Shown here one piece after another: positions 37,325 to 53,433 of a stretch of 64,000 nucleotides of DNA. This stretch comes from Trichosphaerium sp. ATCC 40318 (taxonomy: Eukaryota > Protista > Tubulinea). The translations under genes were made by a program, and so were the position numbers. Each line of letters starts with the position of its first letter. The first letter of the stretch is position 1. The notes below the pieces were generated by a model, which was not told the origin of the DNA, made no database searches, and saw only the letters and a program-made list of their open reading frames with translations. The stretch is taken from the NCBI GenBank assembly GCA_038496445.1, contig JALMLS010000194.1:149813-213812 (forward strand), read 5' to 3'.

Positions 37325-39774
37325 ATGACAACAACTCAACAAGAAGCACTTACAGGTAACTTTGCGCCTGTCTCTGCGGAGACAACGGCCAATAACCTAA
37401 GTGTCATTGAAGGTAATCAAAACCGTGCGATATACGCCCTAACATACCCATAGGCTCTATACCGAAAGATTTAGACGGTTTATTCGTCAGTACGTTAACT
37501 ATTCAGCAATTCTAGCCCACGCTCAATTTCTGCTTAGGAAATGGACCTAATCCGCAGTATCCTCCTGTCAAGTACGTTTTTATGGTTTTAATAGCTTCTA
37601 TGCATCATAACACTCATTGTAGGGGTTATCACTGGTTTATGGGTGCGTTGGCGTATGATTGACGCCTTTTATAACTTTTTTAGGTGATGGCATGCTTCAT
37701 GCTGTCCGTTTTTCCGCTAGTCAAGCATCGTTCATCAACAGGCAAGTTTTTTGGGTGTTATTAGTGCCATTGTTTGTTTTTAATGTTGCTTGCAGGTTTG
37801 TCCAGACTGAAGCGTATCTGTACGAAAAGAAGCTTGGTAGAGCTTACTTTTATTCCATCTTTACGGATATGATCGGTATTCCGTACGTAAAAAGATACTT
37901 GGCCTCAAAAGAATCACGTGTTGTTAACCGGTTTTTTTCATCCGAATATTTTGGTTATTTTCTTGCTTTTGTTCGCATCTCCAGTCTTTCGAATAAAACA
38001 CTTATTTCATGGAGGTTTTGTGCTTACTGAGGTTGTTTAGGAGTGTAATTAGCATGATGTATCATAGTGCAAGAACATCATACCTTGGTGGAGCACCAAA
38101 TCCTTGGAAGAGTACGAATACTTTGTTCTTCACTCTACTACCTCACCGCTCCTGTTTTCCTTCTCACAATCGTTACAAATAGAGAGAACAGCAAATACAG
38201 CTCTAGTCTATCACGACAAGTGAGTAACCGTTTATTATCGCAAGTGCTCTTTCTTGACAGTTTTTCTCTAGGCGACTTATGGCACTTGTTGAAGGAGATG
38301 TACCAACATGGGTCATGGCACAGACCCTTGATACTATCGGTCCATATAATTATAACAACAAGCTTACACACGCATTCACTGCTCATCCTAAGGTAATGTT
38401 CTCGCTGTTTAGGCGAGATACTCCTCATCGCGAAGTGACCACTTTCTTTTGTTGTTCATTCTTTTTTTTAGGTTGATCCTGAGACAGGTGAGATGATCTT
38501 CTTCGGTTATGATGCGACAACACCGTACATAAAATACAACACCGTGAGTAAAGAAGGTAAACTATCAGATGATGTGAAGGTTAAGGTTCAAGCACCTATC
38601 ATGGTACGACAACACATTTGTTCCTTCAAACAGCTTTTTTTCTAAAACAATTGTTTTAGATGCACGATTGCGCTATCACGAAGAACCATACAATCTTTTT
38701 GGACTTACCTATGGTTTATGATGGTAAAAAGGCTGCGATGACTGATGGTCTTATTGGCACATTCAGACCTGAGCTACCATCGAGGATAGGTATTGGGGAG
38801 AGACACATGAAGGCAAGTGTTTCAGCCGAACAGTTCTTTTTTTTTTGATAAAAATGTTAACAACAAGTGGTTAGGACGATACAAAAATCAAGTGGTTTGA
38901 GCTCCCTTCTTTTTATATGTATCATACAGCAAATGCTTGGGAAGAAGGATCAAAAGTCCATTTATATGGTAGCAGATATGCTAAACTACCTTTCGACTTG
39001 AGCTTCGTAGGAAGGAAGGACGTAAGTGTTTTATTTTGTATTTTTTTTTTGGGCGAAAACTGACGTAAGTCTTCTTGTAGTTTGGCGTCATGCATCATTG
39101 GTGCTTTGACTTAAAAACAGGAAAAGTAGAAGAAGAACCTATAATGCCAAGTGATTATGATACAGAGTTTCCAGTAATCAATAATGACTACCTTGGAAGG
39201 AAGTGCCAGTAAGTTCAAATAATGAACCTTTTTTCATCTTCATCACGTTTCACTCTCATTATTTGCTAGATTCTCATACTATGCTATACGCACATCTAGT
39301 GCTTTACAGCACTATAATGGAGTTGAAAAAATAGATTTAGAAACTAAAGGTAGGCCACTATCAGCCTGTTGTTAGGAGACTGTACAAAACAAATATTAAC
39401 TTTTTTATTCGTAGAAAAAACACGTTGGCTGCATGGCAGTGATAGGTATGGTGGTGAATTTGTATTTGTTAAAAAAACATCCGGGTGTGACACTGAGGAT
39501 GATGTACGTATAGAAAATTATGTGATTTTTGTTGACAGTTGTATGTTAAGGGTTACTTGGTTGGATATGTTTATGATGAGACAAAGAACAATTCTGAGGT
39601 ACCTTCCTTCTTACTGCGCTTTACTAAAACTCTGTTTTTTTTCTTAAGGTTGTTGTTCTTTCTGCTCTCGATATGTCTCTTGTTTGTCGTGTGGCACTCT
39701 CTCAACGTGTTCCTTACGGTTTTCATGGATTGTGGGTTACTAAGGATCAACTAAATATGCAACGATCAGCATAA
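37325..39774 (+). CDS. Carotenoid oxygenase (CCD/RPE65/lignostilbene dioxygenase family)
   Basis: GNFAPV, RNGPNP, HWFMGDGMLH, FTAHPKVDPETGE, MHDCAIT, YHTANAWEE, EFPVIN, GEFVFV, VPYGFHG (all four Fe-binding His). Confidence 0.93.
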
Positions 39775-40344
39775 CTAACGCCTTGTATACATCATAATAA
39801 ACATAGCACTTATTCTTTGCTCGTTGGGTTAGATGAAACTTTTTCTTCTCTTCAAACAAATGATCCAACTGTTTCCCAAGCGTATACTCGACCTAATTGT
39901 GATAACGCAATACTCACATAAAAGGTTGTGGCTTGTGTGGTGTTGGCGACGAAACACGTGATGAGAAGTGACCCAATTGTTGTAATTGCTTACTTAACCA
40001 CTATGGGTTTTTGTGGTAGTAACCAACTCGGATTCGCTTTCAAGGTTATCGTATACTTGATAAAACCTTTGCGTTCGTGAAAGATAGTGTTAGTGCGACG
40101 TTTATTTTAAACACTAAAACACCTTTGTAATTAATGCATTGGCGTCAGAGATCACATCATAAATGAAATGTAACAATAGGTCATTTAGATATCATTAGCG
40201 AGACTTTATACACTAACACAATGATATCAACACAAAACCAGAAAACGATTTAGTGTAAATTCCAAACTGGCACAATGCACGTGATTCAGTTTTGAGTATC
40301 AAATATTTAATTTAAAACTCTGGTCTTCTAACTCTACCTCGAAA

Positions 40345-43121
40345 ATGGAACCTAAAGAGTCAGGACAACTATGGATAAATGTCATTGGCGCAAAGGATGT
40401 AATATCGAAACACAAAGGTAAGCGCTTTTTAATAAGACACTGTTTTTGACTGTTGTTTCAACACGTGTAGTGTATTGTAATATTCGTATCGTTGGTACTT
40501 CATCAAAACCCATTAAAGTAAAAACAACAGCAGTGGCTGCATCGTATGGAGAGCCTAAGGTACAGCAGAAATAATTGGTACAAGGGTCACGCAACGTTTC
40601 TTATATGTAGTGGAATAATGAGGTTGTATTGACTGTCAATGATGTAAATAATTCACTATCTGTCCGTGTGTGGGCAAGGAAAGAGCTATCAGACCGATTT
40701 CTTGCCTCAGGAACAATCACGTGCGTTTTTTTAATTAGAATGTCGTAAAAACCAACCTTGGACTATCGCAACATACTCATTTATTTCAACACTTACGTAT
40801 GTGTATCCGCTAGCGCATTGAGAAAGACCGACGCTAGTTTTTTTAATTCTAGATTCAAACTGTCACTAAGCTTCACGTTTTAGCGTAGAGAAGTTGATAG
40901 CATCTAGAGGAGAGATTTGTCTCAAACTCACAGTATGTCTACGCTTATTTAGGACTTTTAGCCGAAAATTAATGTCAAAATAGGATAAAAGTGGAACAAA
41001 AGATGCTGGCGAATTGAAACTTGCTGCTCACTTTACTCCATGTTCAATCCCAAAAAAGTGAGACTTGCTTACCTTCCTAGTTACGATTAATAACGTTGCA
41101 CTAGACCAAAGAACCAGGTCAACTTCCTGTTCCCATCATTCCGTATCGAGTTAAGTAGTAAAGAGTATTGGCCAGGTCAAGTAAGTTTTTTTTCCCTACA
41201 GTTTTGCAGAAAATCTATGTCATCTTCCTTCTTACTGTTGTTTTAGACTATTCGAGGCGCTGTTATATTAAATGTTGGCGAACCCTTTAAGTGCGATAGT
41301 GTTACACGTGCGGTCAATTTAAGTTCTCACTGTTGCTTATAACCTTTGTAAGTGAGTTTCATGGGAGTACAAAACATACAAGCGTCAACCGTGAGTGGTG
41401 GTTCAGCTAGGAACATAGGTTTTTCTAATTCCGTGATAGATGTTCAATGGCGAAGTGGCGATTATTGGATCAAAGCACTGTTTGTTTAACATAGAAGAAA
41501 CTCTTCTTGGCAACAAGGGCGAAGCAGTACATCAATTACATTTCACTTTTTTTGTGCTTTCTGACTCTCGTATTTGAGGTTTTGGTTGAATCTAACAGCT
41601 ACTATTGGCCATTTGAATTCAATCTACCCAATAATCTACCACCCTCTTTTACAAAAAAAAATGCTCGCATAGAATACACATGTGTTGCTTCTGTGGGCAA
41701 ACCGATCAACAAAGAAATACGTCATGTACGGAATAGAAACAATCAAACTTGATTTTAACTGATTTTCCTCAGGAACTTAGTATTAAAACAGACAACACTA
41801 GTATAGGTCGCGCTTCACTACCTGAGGTTGAAGATCATCGTTATGGTAAGTAGAACCATAGACAATATAAGTTTCCACTAAAACAATATAGAGAAAGGTG
41901 ATGCATTTGTCTCTGTGTCAGCGACATCAAAAGATGTGAACTACATTGGTGAAAATCTTGAAATAGATATAGTAAGTCAAAAAGAGAAAATCAATTGTTT
42001 ATAGTTGCACGTGATAGCTTAAAATGAATATAGGTAATAAATAATCAAACAAAGTCAAAGACGATTACTAAAATCTATGTGCTTCTTACACCTTCGTATA
42101 AAGGGCTTGCTACTCACTTGTACGTTTCTTTTCGCATTTCATCCATACTATAAAATTGCATTATTACTTCTGACATTATGCCAAGTGGCAGACAAACTCG
42201 TTCTGGCGATTTCATCGCTGATATGGAATTTGAAACTGAAAAGCCCATAACACGAGAGTCTTCAGAATGTCTTAAAGCCTGTGTGACCGTTAAAGATCCT
42301 CCCACATTCCCTGTTCTACCAGGTACTAGTGGGGATTTTTTTAAGTATCCATTGATACAACCTGACAATAACATATTAGGAGAGAACAAAACTCTTACTC
42401 TGTCAATGCCATTACCTAGTGACATTGACCCATCATTTCCTGAATGTATTTCTCCACTTATCCACTACAACTGGTTTTTAGTAGTTGGCGCTGGCTTTAA
42501 AGGTAGAACGAGAGATCCTTTGTCAGTGCTCACAACCTTACATTTGTAGGGATGCCGACTGTTGTAGCACCTTCCAAAGTAACCCCAAAAACGAAGCGAG
42601 GGGTAGCATTGATAGGTACATGGTTGTAGGATTACAATGACTTTTGTTAATTATTTCGTAATAAGTATCAAGTTGCACTGTTCGTACGAAAGTACCAATA
42701 TTGATTGTTCACCGAATGCCTGAATCGATAAAACAGTCATTGGTTCAAAATTCACACGTGAGTGCCACGTTTTTTTGGCTCTCACTAGCAATCGTTTTTA
42801 ACCATGTTTAGACATGTAACAATGCTGCAACAATTCATTTGCTACAAAAAGGTGAGAAAATTAGATCAACAATGTCACGTTCTTGTTTTTTTTGAACATA
42901 CCTTTTGCTTCCCTTTTTTTTATTACTATCACTAAGTTATGTATAAGATGATTGTAAACGAAATCACCATGTTATAGAGCATAGCCAACTCAAACAAATA
43001 TCAAATGGTATTGTTCTCTGTAACAGCACGGGTGAAATCAGCAAGGTACATGCAACATAATAATCAACAGTTTAATAGTACCTAGGATCTACAAGACAGG
43101 TGTAAAGAACATCAAGAATAG
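40345..43121 (+). CDS. Arrestin-domain protein with N-terminal C2 domain
   Basis: C2-like exons (LWINVIGAK, PKWNNEV, DRFL), then YWPGQTIRGAVILN and WPFEFNLPNNLPPSF...IEY arrestin-N signature; many short exons. Confidence 0.8.
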
Positions 43122-43732
43122 ACGTCTGAAAAATATTAAATTAGCATACTAGTAAATCATACTGAGTAACCTTCAAGGCAAACTTTTTTTATTAATGAAA
43201 TTGCAGCTTTTTTCGTTCACGTGGCAAAACTTTCCGTAACAACAATTTATTTTTTACAGTTTGTTATCATACCAGAGCTTGCATTCTCCCTCTTGTTGTG
43301 AACCATTGATATATCTATACTGGCTCCAATTGGCCACTCTTAAACGATGTCTTGGACTCCTTCTTGTATGGCTACACAATTGCGGCTGAAAAGCCAATTT
43401 TGTGTGCACGTGTGATTGATACCTTACGTTACTTTCGCTTTAACTCACCCGAATGGTGTTACGCTAATATTCATACAATTAGATAAATAGTTATCGTGAT
43501 GTTTTAATTGTTCATCAAACTTGAACGAAAAACTCTGCTGTACTTGCTAAATACGCGCAACAACCCCAAAATAGTAAAGATATACTGTGGAACACAGTTT
43601 TTTTCTTCAATTCGTTTAACGTCAAGGGAAACAATAACTGCTCAACATTTTCTGGTTAGCTTCAGTGAAATAAACAGTCCGTCTTAAACTTGTTAAACAG
43701 ACTTAAAAAATCAATCAAAACCCACCCTTAAC

Positions 43733-44648
43733 ATGACATCTCATCAACAATCCACCGAAATTTGGCTCATTAGACACGGATGTACAGACTACAATCTGGA
43801 AGGACGAGTTCAAGGTATCTTATTAATCACTTGCGAAAAATAGTATCCAAGTCTCTGACATCTTCTTCAAAAAGGTCATATTGACACTCACTTGAACGAA
43901 GCTGGTAGAGAACAAGCCAATAAACTTACACAGTATCTTAAAACACTAGACAAGCCTTTCCACGCAATATATTCATCAGACTTGAGTAGAACTGTACAGT
44001 TTTTCTTTACAACTTAGAGATACTGAGTCTTCAACTCACTTTGTTTTTTCGATAGAGAGAAACAGCTGAGCCACTCCAACAAGCTTTCAAACTTGACGTG
44101 AGATGTGACAGGCGACTACGTCTTATAAATAAAGGTACATGGCAAGGCATACCTCGTAGTCAAGTCCATCTTCGTGATGACTACAAGAGCTTTCAGGCAA
44201 CAGATGCCATACCAGGAGGTGAATCAAGAGCACGTGCGTTGTAAAAAAAAGAACCCAACCATGCATGTTTTAATCTAATTGCTCCTTTAGAGCTGAAAGA
44301 ACGTGCAACAGAGATATACAAAGAGATTGTAACTAAACACAAAGGACAACGTGTTTTGATTGTAAGTTGTCACTAGTTTTTTTCTTTGTGATCTTCACTA
44401 GATCATCACTTCTGGGAGTTTGTTTATTGTCTACATACTAAGGGTATACTTAGATATCTCATGGAGGCACCATTAAAGCTATAATTACACACGTGTTGAG
44501 GGCACCGATTCATTCTTATTTTCCTTTGAATATCACAAACACAAGCATTACAAAGATTCTACCTGAAGAAGAACATACTTTTGCTCGTGATGTTAAAGGA
44601 AAGATTATAGCTATAGGTGCTATACCTCATCTCGAACAAAAACTGTAG
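43733..44648 (+). CDS. Histidine phosphatase (phosphoglycerate mutase-like)
   Basis: LIRHGCTDYNLEGRVQGHID..LNEAGREQA, SSDLSR, PGGES, ISHGGTIK. Confidence 0.92.
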
Positions 44649-44843
44649 GCTTGTACAATAGATAAACTCATTTAGAAAGCAACAATGTTGTTGCTGTGTT
44701 TCGATTAACATCGTAGCTACAAAGGTAATCAGTAATTTAAAACATGTTTTGTATTCCCACCACCATTGTATTTGGGTGGATTGTATTGTTTACATGAGTA
44801 CCAATTGTTACATAACAGTGTAACTAACATACGCCAAAAAAGG

Positions 44844-44862
44844 ACGACTGTTAATCGTGAGG
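44844..44862 (+). repeat. 19-bp exact copy of the tRNA-Asn anticodon arm
   Basis: ACGACTGTTAATCGTGAGG is identical to 36981-36999. Confidence 0.75.
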
Positions 44863-45182
44863 ATATAAAAGTTAAACTAGCATACATTTGAACTTCAAAG
44901 GATCGGCTCAGCCCTTTTTCTTGATGTACTCAGTCTACTGGATCGTAATCCCGCTAAGTACACAAGGTGGCAAATAAATAAGCCGACGGACCAAATACAT
45001 ACCACGTGAACGAACTCAAAAAAAAAACTTGAATCAATAAATACAGAGCAAGAAAGCAAGAAGAAAAAAAAACAACATACAAACAGAGTTGAAAAAAAAA
45101 GAAGAAAGGATTCTATTGGTAGTACTTGGCAATACAGCAGTTTGGTTATTAACAAAATTGATTTTATTTCTTGGAAACAAAT

Positions 45183-46377
45183 TTACAAGAGAGCAGCAAT
45201 GGCAGCCAATACAACGAAGATTGAAGCAATCATGGAGAAAGCTGTGCTTGGTGCGTCAGTAGTAACTGGTGCGAGTGTTGCGACTGGTGCGACTGGTTCA
45301 GCAACTGGTGCGACTGGTTCAGCGGCTTTGAGGTAAGCAGTAACAGTGAAAAGAGGAATTTGTGAGACATCAGCTTTCAATTGTTGTGGGTTTCCTGTAC
45401 CGGTCATGGTACCGTTAATATCAGCGTAAAGAGGCTTCAAGAAGAAAGGAGCGGCAGGGTTGAGATCTGGTTTTGGTTCTACTGAGATGATAACTCTGTA
45501 GTCTGTGCACAAACTAGGAGAAAAGAAGATAAGTAAACATTCGTCTTTGTGCATCAAAAAAAAAAAAATGATGACGTACTCGATAGCTAAAGCTGGGTTG
45601 ATAAAGTCGGAACCTGGATATGGTGGGATACCAGTAGTAACATTACCGGCAGTTGGACCAGCACCATCAGAATCAGCTGTGTTTGGATCGTCAAAGGTAC
45701 CGAAAGATGTTGGGACAGCATTTGTGTCAGCAGTGTTTAAAACCCATCCTTCGTATGTGAAACCGGCAGGAGCAACAGGCAAGTTGATTCCCTTTGGATC
45801 AGCAGCAGCAGGGTCGAACATCCAGATACCCATACAGTCATCTGTAGTATCAGCTGAAGAAGGTGTAGCCAAGATGAAAGGTCCACCGAGGTTAGAAGCG
45901 AAATCAGCACCCCACATGGCGTCAGTGTTTACAGTAACAGATGTTCCAGCGGCGTTGAAGGTACCGGATACAAATTTGTGTACAGAAGGAGCAGGATCAT
46001 CGTTTTCTTTTGGTTCGATTGTGAGGCTGAATAGAATTATCAGAAGATGTTATCGAAACGGAGAAAATATTCTCAAAAAATCACCAAAAATCTTTTTTAG
46101 ACTTTCTCGAAAAAACAAAAAACTACTCGACGTACACGAATTGGTTTGTTTCGTTAATTTCAGCAGCAAGGACTACAGTCATATTGACGACAGTTCCTTG
46201 TGCTTTTCCTGGGAATCTACCGGTAGATACTGGACCTGTTGAGGTAATAACCCAACCTTCGTATTCTTCATTGTCAGCGAGAGCTCCCAACTCGTTTGTG
46301 AATGTAAACTGTAAGTCATACATCTTTGCGGCGCTTACGACAGCCAATGTGATTAAAAAGAGGGCAAACACTTTCAT
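45183..46377 (-). CDS. Secreted, probably GPI-anchored protein with two RskA-C-like (bacterial anti-sigma-factor-annotated) domains
   Basis: Signal peptide MKVFALFLITLAVVSA; duplicated YEGWV..PVSTGRF / YEGWV..PTSFGTF and TIEP / SVEP; PPYPGSDF, PFFLKPL; Pro/Ala stalk and hydrophobic C-terminus; 2 introns. Confidence 0.8.
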
Positions 46378-47446
46378 TTTTTTATATGTTTGTTCGAGAG
46401 AAGAGGTGTTGTTGTTACTACTCCGAGATGATAAGAATATGATAGTAAGTAAGAACCTTAAGGCAGGATTTGCCTAAAAAAGGAAATTGGGAGGTTTTTG
46501 GTGTTTTTTTTCGCTTGAGCACGAATAAATTTCGTCATCATGCATAACATGTTTTCTTCCAGTATTGTGTTAGTACTACGTAGTGATTCGGAAAGGGAAG
46601 ACTTTGGTTTCGCGTCATTTTTCCTCAAATGACGTTTTCTCCCTCAAATCTCCCTACGAATACGACTAACGCAATTATCGATAAGAAAATGGCGTAATCG
46701 CTCCGCGATCCGAAACTAAACTAACTTTTGTACAACTCCTTTACGCGTACAGTTTTAAGAAGTTACAAGCCTCTAGTGGTATTCCAGATACCCCATTGAG
46801 TATTCTCAAAAAAAAAAGCACAAAAAATGCTCTATAGGACTAAACGTCCGAGATCGATCTACTAGCTCCTAGTTAGAGCGTCTCTGCAACCATTATCGAT
46901 CCTAATTTTGTTTTACAAACAAATTTATTCAAGTGCTGTGAATGCGTCCCTGTACCAAACTCCAATCAACAACAGACCTGCTAAAGTAAATTGCGACGTT
47001 TTTCTAAAATAGGTAAAACACGCGTACGTGCTCAATTGACTACTTCTCAAAATTAGTTCCGAAGGCTTGTTATTAAACAGAAGAAACAGCGTAATCACCA
47101 GGTTCTGTCTTTTTTTTTTTTGCTGTTTGTTAGCATCACTTGTATTTCAACTTTTTTTGAAGCGTCTTAGTGACTGTAAATGGCCAAAAAATGCGATTTC
47201 AGGGGTTGTATACAGAACATTTTATTTAAGTTTTATTTTCTTCTCCTTGAATATACATGTAAGACGCACTATATAGGGTAGGTCTTTCAAAAGAGAACAC
47301 CAAAAGAGTGACCAGTAAATGATAAAATTCGACCCAAGTTTTTTTTTTTTAATCTTTGGCTTAGGAAAGTTGTTTTTGGCGTGAATACAGCACCTAGTAC
47401 TACCCCCCCTTGTCCCGTCGAATAAAATCTGTCCATTCTTGAAACA

Positions 47447-51631
<4,185 letters not shown>

Positions 51632-52007
51632 ATTAGATAATTTAGTCCCTTTAGAGTGGTTGAATTGCCTTGTTAGCTACTTTATCTGTTTTCTGTACTT
51701 TTATGACAGACAAGAAATCTCATGAACTTACGTTCACCGATCCATCTCTTGTGTGGATGTCACGAACCATATATGGCTCTTGAGCTATGCCGCACCATGT
51801 TGCATGCCATGGGTATTGGTTGTGGAAGCATTTTTTACACTGAACACGTGCAACTACTCGAAGATGCATGTACTTGCCACTTGCATATAGAAATCATAGT
51901 GGGTATTATACAAAGGTAGGCGTTTTTTAAATTGGTGCTTCAGTTAAGCGTACCAAGCACACTTAGTTTTTCAGCTGAAAAGGTATTACACAATCTGCTT
52001 ACTGCCA

Positions 52008-53107
52008 ATGAAGCTCCTACTAGTGTGTCTACTATTATGCCTGGTCCCAACAATCTTTGCTAAAAAGTACGCAAACTTGGGGCGTAAACGCTTCAAACCT
52101 GTTAATTTGGGCGCGTTGGGTAAACCAGGGCAGCAACAGGCAGATGCGAAGAAACAAGACAAAGAAGAGGTTATAATCGTTTATAAAGGTACTCCTAAGC
52201 CATAAGAAGCACTAATAACTCTAAAACAAGGGTACAGCTCAAAAGATTGCAAGGGCAAACCGCTACAAGATCATACTCTTGAGGATAATCAGTGTTACGC
52301 CATAGGCGACCAAGCACAAAACGTAAGATGCAGTGAAGACAAGAAAGAGGTACCGCGTAAAGAAGTTTCTTATTCTGGCATGTCGACACGTCACTACTAC
52401 TTTTCTCGCCATTAATGGTATCTCCAATACTAGATGCACGCACTAATGTCAAAATAACGTTTTTATTATTTTAATTGCAGTTCATTTTACGCGTCGCTAA
52501 ACTCAAGCTCTAGATCGTTTTAACGACCTACGATTACAAAGATAAGGATGTAAAGGATCCTTGTAGCACTCCAGCAGTAAATAGCGTTACTTTAAAAAGT
52601 GGTGCTTGTGTAAGCATACAAGGACAAACATCCCACATCTGGGTATGTGGTAAGCGTCCTACAAGGAAAAACTTGCAATTATCAGAGGAAGCGACAGCTG
52701 CAGCAAAAGCAAGAATTGAAGCAAAAAAGGCTAAAGCAGCGGAAGCAGCTAGAGCTGCTGATGCTAAGGCCAAAGCAGCAGAGAAAGCTTCAGAAGATGC
52801 TGAGACAGTAAACGTCGCTACTAAAGAATCTGGCGATGCCAAGGCTCAGAGCGGCAAGCCTACCAAGAAGTTTAGGTCTATTAACAAGAAAGTGTCTCTT
52901 GAAGATCTTAAAAAGAAGGAAGAGGAAGAAAAGCATAATGAAGAGGAGAAACTAAAGCATCCTGGCGTAGACCAGGTGTTTAAGAAGAAAGTAAAAACTC
53001 ACGTATTCCATGCGCCTGTACCAAAGAAACCTGTTGTAGTTGATGAAGAAGACCTAGAGGAAGGTGACGTGGCTGAGCTTCCTGATGAAGACAACGACGA
53101 GCTTTGA
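52008..53107 (+). CDS. Secretory-pathway protein with small Cys-rich domain, charged tail and C-terminal NDEL
   Basis: Signal peptide MKLLLVCLLLCLVPTIFA; YSSKDCKGKP..QCY..C; PCSTP..ACV..VCG; Ala/Lys/Glu coil; ends NDEL. Confidence 0.75.
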
Positions 53108-53433
53108 AAAAAAAGAAAATAAGAGAAGCTCTTAAAAATACTCACAGCGCGTTGCTTCGCCATGTGAGCTTGTGTTGAGACAGTTTTTATTGTTCAACGA
53201 TTCTACAAAAAAATAAAAGAAAAAATCGAATACAAACTTTGTCATTTACCACTACGTACAATCGTTTAGAGCTTTTCGAATGAACGCGTAGTCATGACAT
53301 CATCGGTGCAGGTCATTTTACCAAAAAGAGCGACTTAAGGGATGCCCCTTAAGACAAAAAAAAAAAAAAAAGTAGGTAGAACTTCAATATTGTTGAGCGT
53401 ACAAGTTAATGTTGTAATATTTTATTTTCAAAA

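Noticed and set aside
39830-40200. Possible small spliced minus-strand ORF between CCD and arrestin
   Set aside because: No convincing start codon or family similarity
44637-44648. C-terminal QKL as a peroxisomal PTS1 on the histidine phosphatase
   Set aside because: Weak non-canonical variant that cannot be supported from sequence alone
45505-46242. 245-aa plus-strand ORF and many other antisense ORFs in the track
   Set aside because: Shadows of real genes on the opposite strand with no recognisable motifs
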